DNA from: Candidatus Electrothrix sp. GW3-4
GTDB lineage: Bacteria; Desulfobacterota; Desulfobulbia; Desulfobulbales; Desulfobulbaceae
Direction: 5' to 3'
DNA: 32,000 bases
Assembly: GCF_037902255.1 (NCBI RefSeq)
Contig: NZ_CP147990.1
Location: forward strand, 3,720,001 to 3,752,000
A program made the position numbers and the translations under genes. Positions 7,760 through 17,867 of this stretch are shown piece by piece. Position 1 is the first letter of the stretch, and the number at the start of each line of letters is the position of its first letter. The notes under the pieces were generated by a model. It saw only the letters and a program-made list of their open reading frames with translations. It did not search any database and was not told the DNA's origin.

Positions 7760-8242
7760 CTTTCTCTCCTATTTTCGCGAGTTCATAATGGGATGACAGC
7801 AGCTGATACGCTGCCAACCGTACATCCTGTTCTCACTCTCGTCAGTGCAATATACCAGAGATCAGCCTCTGACGCTAAAAAAGTTACTTCCTGCCAGATA
7901 AAGTAGATAGTAAATAGCTGGCTCAATACAATCGCCCCTATCTCATGTAGTTAAAATTGACATTTCAACAGGTTCACAACAGTTAAGATGTAGATTATTC
8001 AGGGCAGAACACGTACAGAACAGCTGTACAGCTCTATACAGCGATTGAATCTCTTTGTTACGTATTGCATATTAAAAAAAAAACTGTCAATATCCATCTA
8101 TTCCACTTCTTTTCACAAAAAATCCTTTTGCTTCCCACAAAGGTAGCGATCACACATAACCATATAATCACAAGGAGGTACAACCAACGAAAAAATAACC
8201 AAAAAAATTACTCCGCATTTTTTCAAAAAAAGGAGGAAAAAA

Positions 8243-11200
8243 ATGCAACGCAGAAAGCTTTTACCATTTTCTCTCTGTGCCCTTTGGTACTGTAGTTCCC
8301 CTGCTCAGGCCGCCCTGAACGACGTGGCTGTTTTCGCGCCTGACGTCGACAACTGGATGACGGCCCAGCAACAAAAGGAGCTGGCCACCTATCTCAAATC
8401 CCCTGGTCTCCGAGGTGATAAATCAGATCACTTGCCATCACCCGGTCAGCAAACAAAAATCTACAATCATACCAGACAAGAAAATCTTGTCTCCTGGATG
8501 CAGCAACGGATGTCTGATGGCAAATCAGATGTCCTGCTGATCATTGATCTGGCACCCGCCCAGATATTTCACGACAACGACAACTCCCTGGCCGAGGCAT
8601 GGATGGAAAACGGCAATATGCTGATCTGGACCGGTTCGGAGCCCTTTCGTTCCTCTGTTGATGCTGGAGGTGCCGTGACCGACCATGCTACTGACGGGAT
8701 AAACGACGGTGCCAATAAGGTGCTGGATATTAAAGGAGAAAACCTGTGCATGGGCTACTCTTCTGTTCCCCAACAAGAAACCAGTGTTGCATCGGCTGCA
8801 TCTGATTTTTATGACTACCTGCCCAGTCTGAACCTGAATTACACTGGCCAGGACATGCGTTCGCTCAGCTATGTTGATGTGTTGACCGAGGCAGAGAACG
8901 TGGTCTCCCAGGATGACGCTCCTGCTCTGGTCATTGACGAGATATTCGCCGAAAACAGTGACCTTCAGGATACGGCCCATGTCTACGAAAGCGATGCCAT
9001 TGTCCTGACCATGCGAGCAACGGAAAATGACCGCAAGGGCCAGGGAGGTCAGTACGCACAATTTTACTGTTATAAGGGCCTGATCGACGGGGTTGATTCC
9101 AACGAACATCGCAAGCCGGTACTCTATGAATTTCTCCATAACTGGGTAGCCAAAGATGTCGATCTGATTCATGTCCAGGCCGGAGCAGTTGACGGAGATG
9201 GCAGCGAAGCAAAACCCTATGGAACCATTCAGGCGGGTGTCAATGCGGCCGGTGAGTTTTCCAGAGACAGAGTGGTCGTTATGCCCGGCGTCTATAATGA
9301 ACAGATTAAGATGAAACGCAGCGTCAAGCTGATCAGCGCTGGGGGTGATCTACGCGGAACTCTCGTTGGTCACCTTGATGAATTCAACAATCCCGAACTC
9401 GACCTCACCTATAATACCTTTCCTCAGATTAATGCAAAAAAAGGGTTGGTCAGAGCGCAAGCTACCATCATTGACGGAACCGGGCTGTCTACAAATAAAC
9501 CCCTGCTCAATTTCCCGAAAGGGGCAACATTAGGGACCTGGCTGGACGGTTTTACCATCCAGAATATGCCCGCAGTGGATCAGAGCCTGTGCGGACATGC
9601 ACGGACCATCCAGAGCCGGGGTGCTTCTCCCTTTCTTATTGAAAATATTATCCGGAATAACGGCAGTGCGGGCTTTGAGGCCTCTGCTGTCTTCAAGACC
9701 AACAGCACCGGTGTTTCGGTTGCAGATGATATCTGTCAAAATGACGACTTCCGCTATGATAATGTCCTCTATGATGCCCATCCAGCTCTGATCAACAACA
9801 TCATCGGCTCGAACGACGGTCCCAACCTGAGCGACGACTATTATGCCTACAGCATTATGTACCATAATGAAGCCTTTAAAAGCGGTTATTTTGGTGATGA
9901 TCTGCCAGAACCCTTTTATGATGCCCCAGGCATCAAGGCACAACACGGGGCTCATTCCTATATTTACAATAACGCCGTCTATGACTCATCAAAAAGCGGC
10001 ATTGATGCCCGGCGTGGTGTCAACGAATTGACCTGGGAAAATAAGGTGGATCGTCCAACCCGGCCCGTTATTCTTGACAACTACGTGCTCAACTCGGGCA
10101 CAGCAAATATTCAAGAAAACGGAGCAGGTATCGGTGCTCTCAATATCGGGGGGCACGATCCCTACTCTGACCAGGATCTCTATCAGATTATAGACGGTAA
10201 TTTCATCCACACCGCAGCCCAAGGAGCAGTCGGTTGCCTCTATAATGATGACGAAGATGGCGGAACCACCACGATTCCACAAAGCAATGTCGGCTATGTC
10301 GTCATCAACAATAATACCGGAACACAGGCAAGCACCGCAGGTATAGAAATACACGGCTGTGCAAATGTCTTTGAAATCTTTCACAACGAGATGACCGCCA
10401 ACACCAGGGCCGGTATCGGTATAGCCTTTGATGCCAAAGTCGGCGATATTACCGATAACTCACTGCATGCAAACGGCATGGCTGGCATCGGCATGAAAGA
10501 CGGTGCCCAGGTTGCAGCTATCAGGAATAACTCCTTGCTCAGCAATGGAGCCGCAGGAATAGGGCATAACGGGTCCGCCAAACGAGTCGTGGTCGGCGAG
10601 GAAGTAGGTAATACCATTGAATCGAATGGAGCTGCTGGGATCGGCATGATACATGCTGAGGTCGATCTGATTTCCATGAATACTATCCGCTTTAATGGTG
10701 CTCCTGGAATTACGGTAACTGAAGACTCCGATGTTGGGCTTATTGAGGGCAGCGCTGCAACAGAGGGGCCTGAACGGTTGTCGCAGAACGGAAGAGGAGA
10801 CCTTCAAGATCCTATTACTTCCAGTTTCACCGCTGGCTTAGTTGTGTTGAATGAAGGTTCTACAGCCAATATATCCAATCTTATTGTTGAAGGGAGCGGC
10901 ATGGTGAATGTCATGTTGGGTCCCGGTACCACTGTGACTATGGATGGGTGCATAATCAGAAATAATTATCGACAAGGACCAAATCTAAGGATTGATGGCC
11001 GAGCAACGGTGACCAACAATATTTTTGAGAATGCCAGATATCCGGGAGTTGGAATTTTTAACGAGGATGCATTTGTTTCCTTCAACAATAATATTGTTTC
11101 CAAAACCGGAACAGCAGGAATAATCATAAATGGTGGACCTACTATTGAGTCATTTATTGGTAACCAGATCCTTGATGCCGGAACAGCAGGGCTCTTGCTG

Positions 11201-12220
11201 GGTTCGATGACCGGCGACCTGCATATTGTTGATTCCGACATCAACGGCAGTGGAACAATTGGAATCCTGTCCACGGGTATGTCTCAGAATATTACGATTA
11301 CCGATTCAACCATTAACGACAACGGTGCACCAATAATGGCTTATAACGTTGCCAATGTAGAGGTGTCCAATTCGATTATTAAAGACAACTGGGCCGGAAT
11401 GGGTCTGTTTAATGATGATAGTCCAGCTGCCACCTGTATTGTTTCCAACAGTATTTTTGACAACAACGTATGCGGACCGGATATACAAATGAACGGAGGA
11501 AGCCTATTTGCGGTATACGATACGACTGTATCAGGGACGGGGCCGTCAGGGAGCGATGGTGGTCATGCTATCCGGGCAATTGGCGTAGATTCTGTCGATG
11601 TGGCGAGTTGTGACCTTCGGTCATGGAGTACCGGAATCCAGGTCAAAGGAGCGGAGCAGGCTCATGTGAGCAAAAGCCGAATAAGAGCCAGATGGCCAAT
11701 CTGGTTCGAAAACAGTCACGGCACTGTGACAAATACCATAACAGGTACGAACAGTGATGGTTACCTCTTCTTTAATTCAACCGTTAATTTATATAATAAC
11801 ACAATGTATGGGGGAACCAGCAAGTGGACTCCTGATGGGTCGGGAGACAAAAACCAGTATGGCTTTAAGGCAAAGGATAATTCGGTTGTACATGCCTACA
11901 ATAACATCGTAACCGGAGTACAGTTTGGCTTCTTGGCTCTAAGTGGCTCTGTTGTCACTGCCGACTACAATCTTATGCATGGTAACCAGTTTAATCATTA
12001 TGCGGGTACGGGTAATCCGGGAGTTGTGCATTGGGGTGCGAACAATATAGTCAATACTGATCCAGAGATGGTCGATCCTCTGAACGATGATTTTCACCTG
12101 AAGTCCTCATCTCCGGCTATTGATGCTGGCAGCAACGACCTGGGAGTGACTGAAGATATGGATGGAGATGCCCGTCCGCAGGGGAATGGCGTTGATATTG
12201 GTGCGGATGAGATTCTTTAG
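8243..12220 (+). CDS. Secreted giant right-handed parallel beta-helix (PbH1/NosD-like) repeat protein with a choice-of-anchor-Q-like C-terminus
   Basis: 1325-aa ORF with strong SD AAGGAGGA 7 nt upstream. Signal peptide MQRRKLLPFSLCALWYCSSPAQA/A. A DUF1565-like beta-helix entry motif (GDGSEAKPYGTIQAGVNAAG...VVVMPGVYNEQI) is present. Many about 22-aa N-x-I-x-x-N-G-x-AGIG repeats occur (clearest at 10381-10720). C-terminal motif is DPLNDDFHLKSSSPAIDAG...DMDGDARPQGNGVDIGADE. Confidence 0.9.
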   Translation: MQRRKLLPFSLCALWYCSSPAQAALNDVAVFAPDVDNWMTAQQQKELATYLKSPGLRGDKSDHLPSPGQQTKIYNHTRQENLVSWMQQRMSDGKSDVLLIIDLAPAQIFHDNDNSLAEAWMENGNMLIWTGSEPFRSSVDAGGAVTDHATDGINDGANKVLDIKGENLCMGYSSVPQQETSVASAASDFYDYLPSLNLNYTGQDMRSLSYVDVLTEAENVVSQDDAPALVIDEIFAENSDLQDTAHVYESDAIVLTMRATENDRKGQGGQYAQFYCYKGLIDGVDSNEHRKPVLYEFLHNWVAKDVDLIHVQAGAVDGDGSEAKPYGTIQAGVNAAGEFSRDRVVVMPGVYNEQIKMKRSVKLISAGGDLRGTLVGHLDEFNNPELDLTYNTFPQINAKKGLVRAQATIIDGTGLSTNKPLLNFPKGATLGTWLDGFTIQNMPAVDQSLCGHARTIQSRGASPFLIENIIRNNGSAGFEASAVFKTNSTGVSVADDICQNDDFRYDNVLYDAHPALINNIIGSNDGPNLSDDYYAYSIMYHNEAFKSGYFGDDLPEPFYDAPGIKAQHGAHSYIYNNAVYDSSKSGIDARRGVNELTWENKVDRPTRPVILDNYVLNSGTANIQENGAGIGALNIGGHDPYSDQDLYQIIDGNFIHTAAQGAVGCLYNDDEDGGTTTIPQSNVGYVVINNNTGTQASTAGIEIHGCANVFEIFHNEMTANTRAGIGIAFDAKVGDITDNSLHANGMAGIGMKDGAQVAAIRNNSLLSNGAAGIGHNGSAKRVVVGEEVGNTIESNGAAGIGMIHAEVDLISMNTIRFNGAPGITVTEDSDVGLIEGSAATEGPERLSQNGRGDLQDPITSSFTAGLVVLNEGSTANISNLIVEGSGMVNVMLGPGTTVTMDGCIIRNNYRQGPNLRIDGRATVTNNIFENARYPGVGIFNEDAFVSFNNNIVSKTGTAGIIINGGPTIESFIGNQILDAGTAGLLLGSMTGDLHIVDSDINGSGTIGILSTGMSQNITITDSTINDNGAPIMAYNVANVEVSNSIIKDNWAGMGLFNDDSPAATCIVSNSIFDNNVCGPDIQMNGGSLFAVYDTTVSGTGPSGSDGGHAIRAIGVDSVDVASCDLRSWSTGIQVKGAEQAHVSKSRIRARWPIWFENSHGTVTNTITGTNSDGYLFFNSTVNLYNNTMYGGTSKWTPDGSGDKNQYGFKAKDNSVVHAYNNIVTGVQFGFLALSGSVVTADYNLMHGNQFNHYAGTGNPGVVHWGANNIVNTDPEMVDPLNDDFHLKSSSPAIDAGSNDLGVTEDMDGDARPQGNGVDIGADEIL

Positions 12221-12253
12221 TCTCTGCTCAAAGCGCGCCGAATAAGCCATGAG

Positions 12254-12298
12254 AGTATCTGCTGATTTTCACAACTGTTAAGAGGGTCAGCAGATACT
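12254..12298. terminator. Hairpin between the convergent beta-helix gene and tex (AGTATCTGCTGA-21 nt-TCAGCAGATACT)
   Basis: 12-bp perfect inverted repeat read directly. The loop is long and no clear U-tract follows, so it may be a bidirectional terminator or an RNA-stabilising element. Confidence 0.45.
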
Positions 12299-12307
12299 AC
12301 TTATTGA

Positions 12308-14488
12308 CTATGAAGAACCTGAGCCGCAATGACGCAGGGAAAGTGCAATCCTTCTCCGCTGCTGATCAATCTCCAGCACCCGCACCGTCACCTGCTGCCC
12401 CACCTTGACCACCTCAGCAGGATCTTTGACAAAGCGATCCGCCAGCTGGCTGATATGGACGAGGCCGTCCTGATGCACTCCGATATCAACAAAGGCCCCA
12501 AATTTGGTCACATTGGTAACAATGCCGGGCAGGCGCATTTCTTCAACCAGATCATCCATAGAATTGACCCCTTCAGCAAAGGAAAAAGCAGAAAACTCCT
12601 GACGCGGATCACGTCCCGGTCGAGCAAGTTCCTCGAGAATATCACGCAGAGTGGGAAGACCGAGGGCCTGGCTCCCTCCTTTCCCACTGTCCTTGCTGAC
12701 GTATCTTTGCAGATCAATCCGATCCCGCAGATCCTTCTTCTTCATCAGCTCGCCGACCGTACAGCCCGCATCCGCAGCCATTTTCTCCACTACGGCATAC
12801 CGTTCCGGGTGGACAGCAGAGTTATCCAGGGGATTTTTTGCTCCATGAATACGGAGAAAGCCTGCGCATTGCTCAAATGCTTTCGCCCCCAGACGAGGCA
12901 CCTTGAGCAGTTGTTTACGACTGACAAACGGCCCCTGCTCCTCCCGCCAAGCAATAATCTTGGCAGCCAGACCCGGCCCCAGGCCTGAGACATAGGTAAG
13001 CAACTCCAGCGAGCCGCTATTCACCTCCACCCCGACCGTATTGACGCAATGCATCACCACGTCATCCAAGGCCTTTTTCAGGGCTGCCTGATGAACATCA
13101 TGCTGATACTGCCCTACCCCGATGGAGGCAGGATCAAGCTTGACCAGCTCGGCAAGCGGGTCCTGAAGACGTCGGCCTATGGAGACCGCCCCCCTAACCG
13201 TGATATCATGGTCAGGGAACTCCCGCCGAGCCACCTCAGACGCCGAGTAGATTGAGGCCCCGCTCTCGTTTACCAGGGTGACAAGGATCCCCTTATCCAG
13301 CCCCAGGCCCCGGACAAACTGCTCTGTCTCCCGCCCGGCTGTGCCGTTACCAATGGCAATGGCCTCAATTCGATGTTTCTGGCACAGTGTTGTGATGGTT
13401 CGCCCGGCCTCATCCTGCTGCTTCGTACCGTGGGTGGGATAGACTGTGGTAAAATCCAGCAACTGCCCCTGCTCGCTGAGGCAGACGAGCTTGGCTCCGG
13501 TACGAAATCCCGGATCAAGGGCCATAACCCGTTTTTGCCCCAGAGCCGGAGCCAGCAGCAATTCCTGAAGATTATCAGCAAAGACGGTAATGGCCTCCTG
13601 ATCTGCCCGCTGCTTGAGGTCCGCCCGCAGCTCGTTTTCCAAAGAAGGCCCCAGTAGTCGCTTATAGCTGTCCTCAACGGCTATAAGCAACTGCTCACGG
13701 AGCCTGCCTTGGGACGAAAACCTCCTTTTGACCAAAGCAAGGGCGGCATCCTCATCCGGTCGGATCGTGAGACGCAGGACCTTTTCCGCTGCACCGCGAA
13801 ACATGGCCAGTAAACGATGGCTGGGGGCTTTATGTGCTCTTTCCTGCCAGTCAAAATAATCCCGATATTTTGCTCCTTCCTCCTGCTTTTTCTTCAGCAC
13901 CGAGGAACGAATCTCCGCCTTATTGGCAAAAAGTCGGCGCAGATCGGTCCGCAGATCAGTATCCTCGCTGATCCATTCTGCTATGATATCCCGAGCCCCG
14001 GCCAGGGCCTCTTCCTCTGTGTGGACTTCTTTCTCGGGATCAACAAAATCAGCAGGCAGGATTGTCCTATCCTGACCAGTAAAAATAGCCTGGGCCAAGG
14101 GCTCAAGCCCCTTTTCCTTGGCCATCGACGCCCTGGTTTTGCGCTTCTGCTTATAAGGAAGGAAGATATCTTCCAAGGTGGTGAGATCTTCTGCCTTGCC
14201 CAATGCCTGTTCTAACTCAGGGCTCAGTAATTCCCGAGTAGCAAGAGAGTCCAACATGGTCTGGCGCCGCTTCTCCAAAGCGGCAAGCTCAGCCAACTGG
14301 TCACGAATGGCTGTAACCTGGGTTTCATCGAGAGAACCGGTTACCTCCTTCCGATAGCGGGAGATAAAGGGAACGGTGGCGCCTTCTTCAAGAAGTTGGG
14401 CTGTGGCAGCTACCTGCTGGGAAGTAATTTGCAGGGCTTGCGATATACGATGCGCGATACGTTGGTGTTGTTGCTGATTTTGGGACAT
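12308..14488 (-). CDS. tex: Transcription accessory protein Tex (YqgF/HhH/S1 domain RNA-binding protein)
   Basis: 726 aa. N-terminal VPFISRYRKEVTGSLDE motif, central YqgF-like region and C-terminal S1 domain (GIVTNVTKFGAFVDIGVHQDGLVHISQL). Full-length collinear resemblance to Tex/YhgF. Confidence 0.95.
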   Translation of the reverse strand: MSQNQQQHQRIAHRISQALQITSQQVAATAQLLEEGATVPFISRYRKEVTGSLDETQVTAIRDQLAELAALEKRRQTMLDSLATRELLSPELEQALGKAEDLTTLEDIFLPYKQKRKTRASMAKEKGLEPLAQAIFTGQDRTILPADFVDPEKEVHTEEEALAGARDIIAEWISEDTDLRTDLRRLFANKAEIRSSVLKKKQEEGAKYRDYFDWQERAHKAPSHRLLAMFRGAAEKVLRLTIRPDEDAALALVKRRFSSQGRLREQLLIAVEDSYKRLLGPSLENELRADLKQRADQEAITVFADNLQELLLAPALGQKRVMALDPGFRTGAKLVCLSEQGQLLDFTTVYPTHGTKQQDEAGRTITTLCQKHRIEAIAIGNGTAGRETEQFVRGLGLDKGILVTLVNESGASIYSASEVARREFPDHDITVRGAVSIGRRLQDPLAELVKLDPASIGVGQYQHDVHQAALKKALDDVVMHCVNTVGVEVNSGSLELLTYVSGLGPGLAAKIIAWREEQGPFVSRKQLLKVPRLGAKAFEQCAGFLRIHGAKNPLDNSAVHPERYAVVEKMAADAGCTVGELMKKKDLRDRIDLQRYVSKDSGKGGSQALGLPTLRDILEELARPGRDPRQEFSAFSFAEGVNSMDDLVEEMRLPGIVTNVTKFGAFVDIGVHQDGLVHISQLADRFVKDPAEVVKVGQQVTVRVLEIDQQRRRIALSLRHCGSGSS

Positions 14489-14870
14489 ATGAGGGTATCT
14501 GGAAAAATAGGATAAGGGAACGATCAGGATTAATGGTGTAACCGGTTATGGTTATAACGAATTCCTGCGGGAAGGGCAAAGGGATTTTATTTATCTACGA
14601 CTCTGTAAAAAAACATTTATTCAATCGAATAATAAAAAACAATATGATCTTATCATGATCAAGCAAAAAAAATAAATAACAACAAGTTACATCCAAACAG
14701 ATCTCTATTCACTTGAAGCAAAAAGCAACAGCTAGCTACAAGAAGAAGCAATCATCAATTTAATATTCCAACTTATTTTACTTCAACAAGCCCCACTTCT
14801 CCGAAAAAGAGTTGTTCTTGTCTCAAAAAAAGAATAAAAGGAGAAAAACACCAGACCTTCCCCAGACATT

Positions 14871-16646
14871 ATGACATCAATATATAATCTTCGCCAGTAC
14901 CTTGATATCCTCCGCCGAGAAAATGAACTCCTCGTTATCGACACCGAGGTTGATCCCTATCTTGAGATAGCAGAAATCCACCGCCGAGTTATCGCCCGCA
15001 GCGGACCGGCCCTGCTTTTTACCCAGGTCAAAGGCTCCTCCTTTCCAGTGGTCACCAACCTTTTTGGCACCAACCGTCGCCTGGAACTGGCCTTCGGCAC
15101 AAGACCAATGGATTTTGTCGCAGATCTGGTTCGGCTGGCCGAGCAAGCCATGCCGCCAAGTCTTGCCACAGTCAAGCAGGCTGCGCCACTGGCTCTCCAG
15201 GCCCTGAAGATCGGCTTAAAAAACGTCAAACCAGGGGCTGCCCCCATCCTGGAAAACCTGCAACAACCTGCCCGAATGACAGAGTTCCCCATGCTCACTT
15301 CCTGGCATTCTGATGGTGGAGCCTTTGTCACCCTTCCCCTGGTCTATACTGAGCACCCGGACGGCCACGGTCATAATCTGGGGATGTACCGCATCCATCG
15401 CTATGACGATACCAACACGGGCATCCACTGGCAGATCCATAAGGGCGGCGGCTACCATTACAGTGCTGCCGAGGAAAAAAGTCAGGCCCTGCCCATGACC
15501 CTGTTCATCGGCGGCCCGCCAGCCCTGATGCTCTCTGCCATCGCCCCGTTGCCAGAAGATATCCCGGAGCTGATGCTGGCCTCCCTGCTCCAGGGGAAAA
15601 AGCTGGCCATGACCAAGGATCCTCTGGGCGGCCATCGCCTGGTAGCGGAAACGGAATTTGCCATCAAGGGGGTTGTTCCGCCCAAGCTCAGGCATCCCGA
15701 AGGCCCGTTTGGCGATCATTACGGCTATAATTCACTGGCCCACGAGTATCCGGTCTTTCAGACCACCCATCTCTATCATCGTAAGGATGCCATCTATCCA
15801 GCCACCGTGGTTGGTCGTCCCAAGCAAGAGGATTATTTTATCGGCGATTTTCTCCAGGACCTCCTTTCCCCGCTCTTTCCTCTGGTGATGAAAGGAGTGC
15901 AACAGCTGAAGACCTTTGGGGAGGCTGGTTTTCACTGTCTGGCAGCAGCACGGGTCAGCAACCGCTACCCCCGTGAGGCCTTTGCAGCTGGCCTGCGCGT
16001 TCTCGGCGAGGGGCAACTCTCCCTGACCAAATTCCTCATCGTCACAGACGGGAGTCTTGATGTTGCCGACTTTGGTAAACTCTGGACCCATGTCCTGGAA
16101 CGCATCCAATGGGACAGAGATCTTTTTGTCTTTGCCAATGTTTCCCAGGACACCCTGGATTACACCGGCCCCTCAGTAAACAAGGGCTCAAAGGCCATGA
16201 TGATGGGCTTGGGAGAAAAACAACGGGACCTACCCAGGGAATTCAACGGCAGCCTGCCACCGGGTTGTAGCCAACCCAACCCTTTTCTGCCCGGCACTCT
16301 GGTGGTTCAAGGCGAGACCTATGAAAACAGCCCCGACCAGGGAGCACAACTTGCTGCCTGGGACGGAGTAGCTGACTGGCCGGTCATTCTGCTGGTGGAC
16401 TCCACTGCTGAGGCCACGGAAAGCATGCAGGAGTTTATCTGGACCTTCTTTACCCGCTTTGAACCAGCTGCGGATATTCACGGTAAGCACCAACAGGTCA
16501 AACGCTTTCATGTCGGGCTCACACCGCCCATTGTCTTTGATTGCCGGATGAAGCCCTGGTACACCGAGGTACTGGAGGTGGATCAGGCCACCAAGGAGCT
16601 GGTGGATAGCAAGTACAGCACAATCATTCCGGCAAATTTGAGATAA
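14871..16646 (+). CDS. UbiD-family (prenylated-FMN dependent) decarboxylase, long form
   Basis: 591 aa. N-terminus NLRQYLDILRRENELLVIDTEVDPYLEIAEIHRRV and the central HNLGMYR / IHWQIHKGG motifs are typical of UbiD-family enzymes. Substrate not inferable. Confidence 0.9.
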   Translation: MTSIYNLRQYLDILRRENELLVIDTEVDPYLEIAEIHRRVIARSGPALLFTQVKGSSFPVVTNLFGTNRRLELAFGTRPMDFVADLVRLAEQAMPPSLATVKQAAPLALQALKIGLKNVKPGAAPILENLQQPARMTEFPMLTSWHSDGGAFVTLPLVYTEHPDGHGHNLGMYRIHRYDDTNTGIHWQIHKGGGYHYSAAEEKSQALPMTLFIGGPPALMLSAIAPLPEDIPELMLASLLQGKKLAMTKDPLGGHRLVAETEFAIKGVVPPKLRHPEGPFGDHYGYNSLAHEYPVFQTTHLYHRKDAIYPATVVGRPKQEDYFIGDFLQDLLSPLFPLVMKGVQQLKTFGEAGFHCLAAARVSNRYPREAFAAGLRVLGEGQLSLTKFLIVTDGSLDVADFGKLWTHVLERIQWDRDLFVFANVSQDTLDYTGPSVNKGSKAMMMGLGEKQRDLPREFNGSLPPGCSQPNPFLPGTLVVQGETYENSPDQGAQLAAWDGVADWPVILLVDSTAEATESMQEFIWTFFTRFEPAADIHGKHQQVKRFHVGLTPPIVFDCRMKPWYTEVLEVDQATKELVDSKYSTIIPANLR

Positions 16647-16658
16647 TTACAGGTAGGG

Positions 16659-16686
16659 ACACGACGCATCGTGTTCTTTATTTTAT
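16659..16686 (+). terminator. Weak terminator-like hairpin after the UbiD-family gene (ACACGA-cgca-TCGTGT + TCTTTATTTTAT)
   Basis: 6-bp stem plus T-rich tail read directly. It abuts the rluB start codon, so function is uncertain. Confidence 0.3.
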
Positions 16687-17391
16687 ATGGAAAGAATACA
16701 AAAAATCATCGCCCATGCCGGAATCTGCTCCCGGCGCAAGGCTGAAGAATATATTGCAGAAGGCAGGGTCAAGGTTGACGGCCAACCGGTTACTCAGCCG
16801 GGGCTCAAAGTTGACCCCAAGCTTGCCGTCATCACTGTGGACGGCAAGCCCTTGCAGGAAGAAAAAAAAATCTACCTTCTTCTCCATAAACCAAGGGGCT
16901 ACGTCACCACCCTTTCTGATCCCCAGGGCCGCCCGATCGTCACGGATCTCCTCCCTGATATCCGGGAACGACTCTTTCCGGTAGGCAGGCTTGACCTGGA
17001 CAGTGAAGGGGCCCTCCTCCTGACCAATGACGGTGCCCTGGCCAATCAGGTCCTTCATCCTCGTTTTGAGGTCAAAAAAACCTATGAAGCAACAGTACGG
17101 GACCTGCCCAAAAAATCCGAGCTTCGAAGGCTCGAACAAGGTATTGTACTCGACGGTAAAAAAACTTGGCCTGCCCGACTCCGTGTCCTTAAAAAAAAGA
17201 AAGATGTAGCTGTGATTGAGATAATAATCCACGAAGGGAAGAAAAGACAGGTCCGAAAGATGTTCCAGGCGGTTGGGCATTCAGTTATTCGTTTAAAACG
17301 AACGGCCTACGGCCGATTAAGGCTCGAAAATCTGTCCGAAGGAAGATACCGTTTTTTGGATAAAAATGATGTAAAAAAACTTTTTTTGTAA
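16687..17391 (+). CDS. rluB: 23S rRNA pseudouridine synthase, RsuA/RluB family (S4 domain + catalytic domain)
   Basis: 234 aa. S4 domain at the N-terminus (RIQKIIAHAGICSRRKAEEYIAEGRVKVDG). Catalytic motif PVGRLDLDSEGALLLTNDG and the KTYEA... and HEGKKRQVRKMF motifs are present. Confidence 0.9.
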   Translation: MERIQKIIAHAGICSRRKAEEYIAEGRVKVDGQPVTQPGLKVDPKLAVITVDGKPLQEEKKIYLLLHKPRGYVTTLSDPQGRPIVTDLLPDIRERLFPVGRLDLDSEGALLLTNDGALANQVLHPRFEVKKTYEATVRDLPKKSELRRLEQGIVLDGKKTWPARLRVLKKKKDVAVIEIIIHEGKKRQVRKMFQAVGHSVIRLKRTAYGRLRLENLSEGRYRFLDKNDVKKLFL

Positions 17392-17540
17392 AAAAAATTA
17401 AATATCCTCTTTACATCCAGAAGGATACCTGATTAACTACTATTAATAGTAATGATATTTAATGGTTTCTACCAAACTAATTTTAACCCCTCGGCCTTGC
17501 ACTCTACGGCTGCAGGCCCTGCTGTGAAAGGGAGAAGGTA

Positions 17541-17846
17541 ATGAATAAATCGGAACTTATTGAGGCATTAGCCGAAAAAATCGAGCTGCCTGTACGCGAA
17601 ACTGCCGCAATCACCAAGACCATCATTGATGCAATGAGCAATGCCTTGGTTGAGGGAGATTCCATTGAAATCCGTGGATTCGGAAGTTTTACAGTGAAAC
17701 AGTACGGAGCCTACACGGGTCGCAACCCGAAATCAGGAGAAAAAATTAATGTCGCTCCGAAAAAGCTGCCCTTTTTCAAGGTGGGCAAGGACCTGAGAGA
17801 GCGGGTCGATGCAGAAGCAAAACAGCAGGACAGCAAGAAGAAATAA
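17541..17846 (+). CDS. ihfB: Integration host factor beta-like / HU-family DNA-binding protein
   Basis: 101 aa. MNKSELIEALA..., IEIRGFGSF, GRNPKSGEKI and PFFKVGKDLRERV align with IHF-beta. SD GGGAGAAGG upstream. Confidence 0.85.
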   Translation: MNKSELIEALAEKIELPVRETAAITKTIIDAMSNALVEGDSIEIRGFGSFTVKQYGAYTGRNPKSGEKINVAPKKLPFFKVGKDLRERVDAEAKQQDSKKK

Positions 17847-17867
17847 GCCGTTCTCCTTGTACTGCAA

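Noticed and set aside
8056-8072. Sigma-54-like element TGTTACGTATTGCAT upstream of the beta-helix gene (also TGGCAT at about 19399 and TGGCAC at about 3252)
   Set aside because: None has both the GG (-24) and GC (-12) dinucleotides at the required 10-nt spacing. The 8056 site lacks GG, and the other two lack a TTGC element at the correct distance.
8525-9172. 215-aa minus-strand ORF, plus several 60-140-aa ORFs (8931-11488), inside the beta-helix gene
   Set aside because: All are antisense or out-of-frame within a continuous 1325-aa ORF that has clear repeat architecture, a signal peptide and a strong RBS.
16678-17280. 200-aa minus-strand ORF
   Set aside because: It is antisense to rluB, which has the S4 and pseudouridine-synthase motifs. 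This is a shadow ORF.
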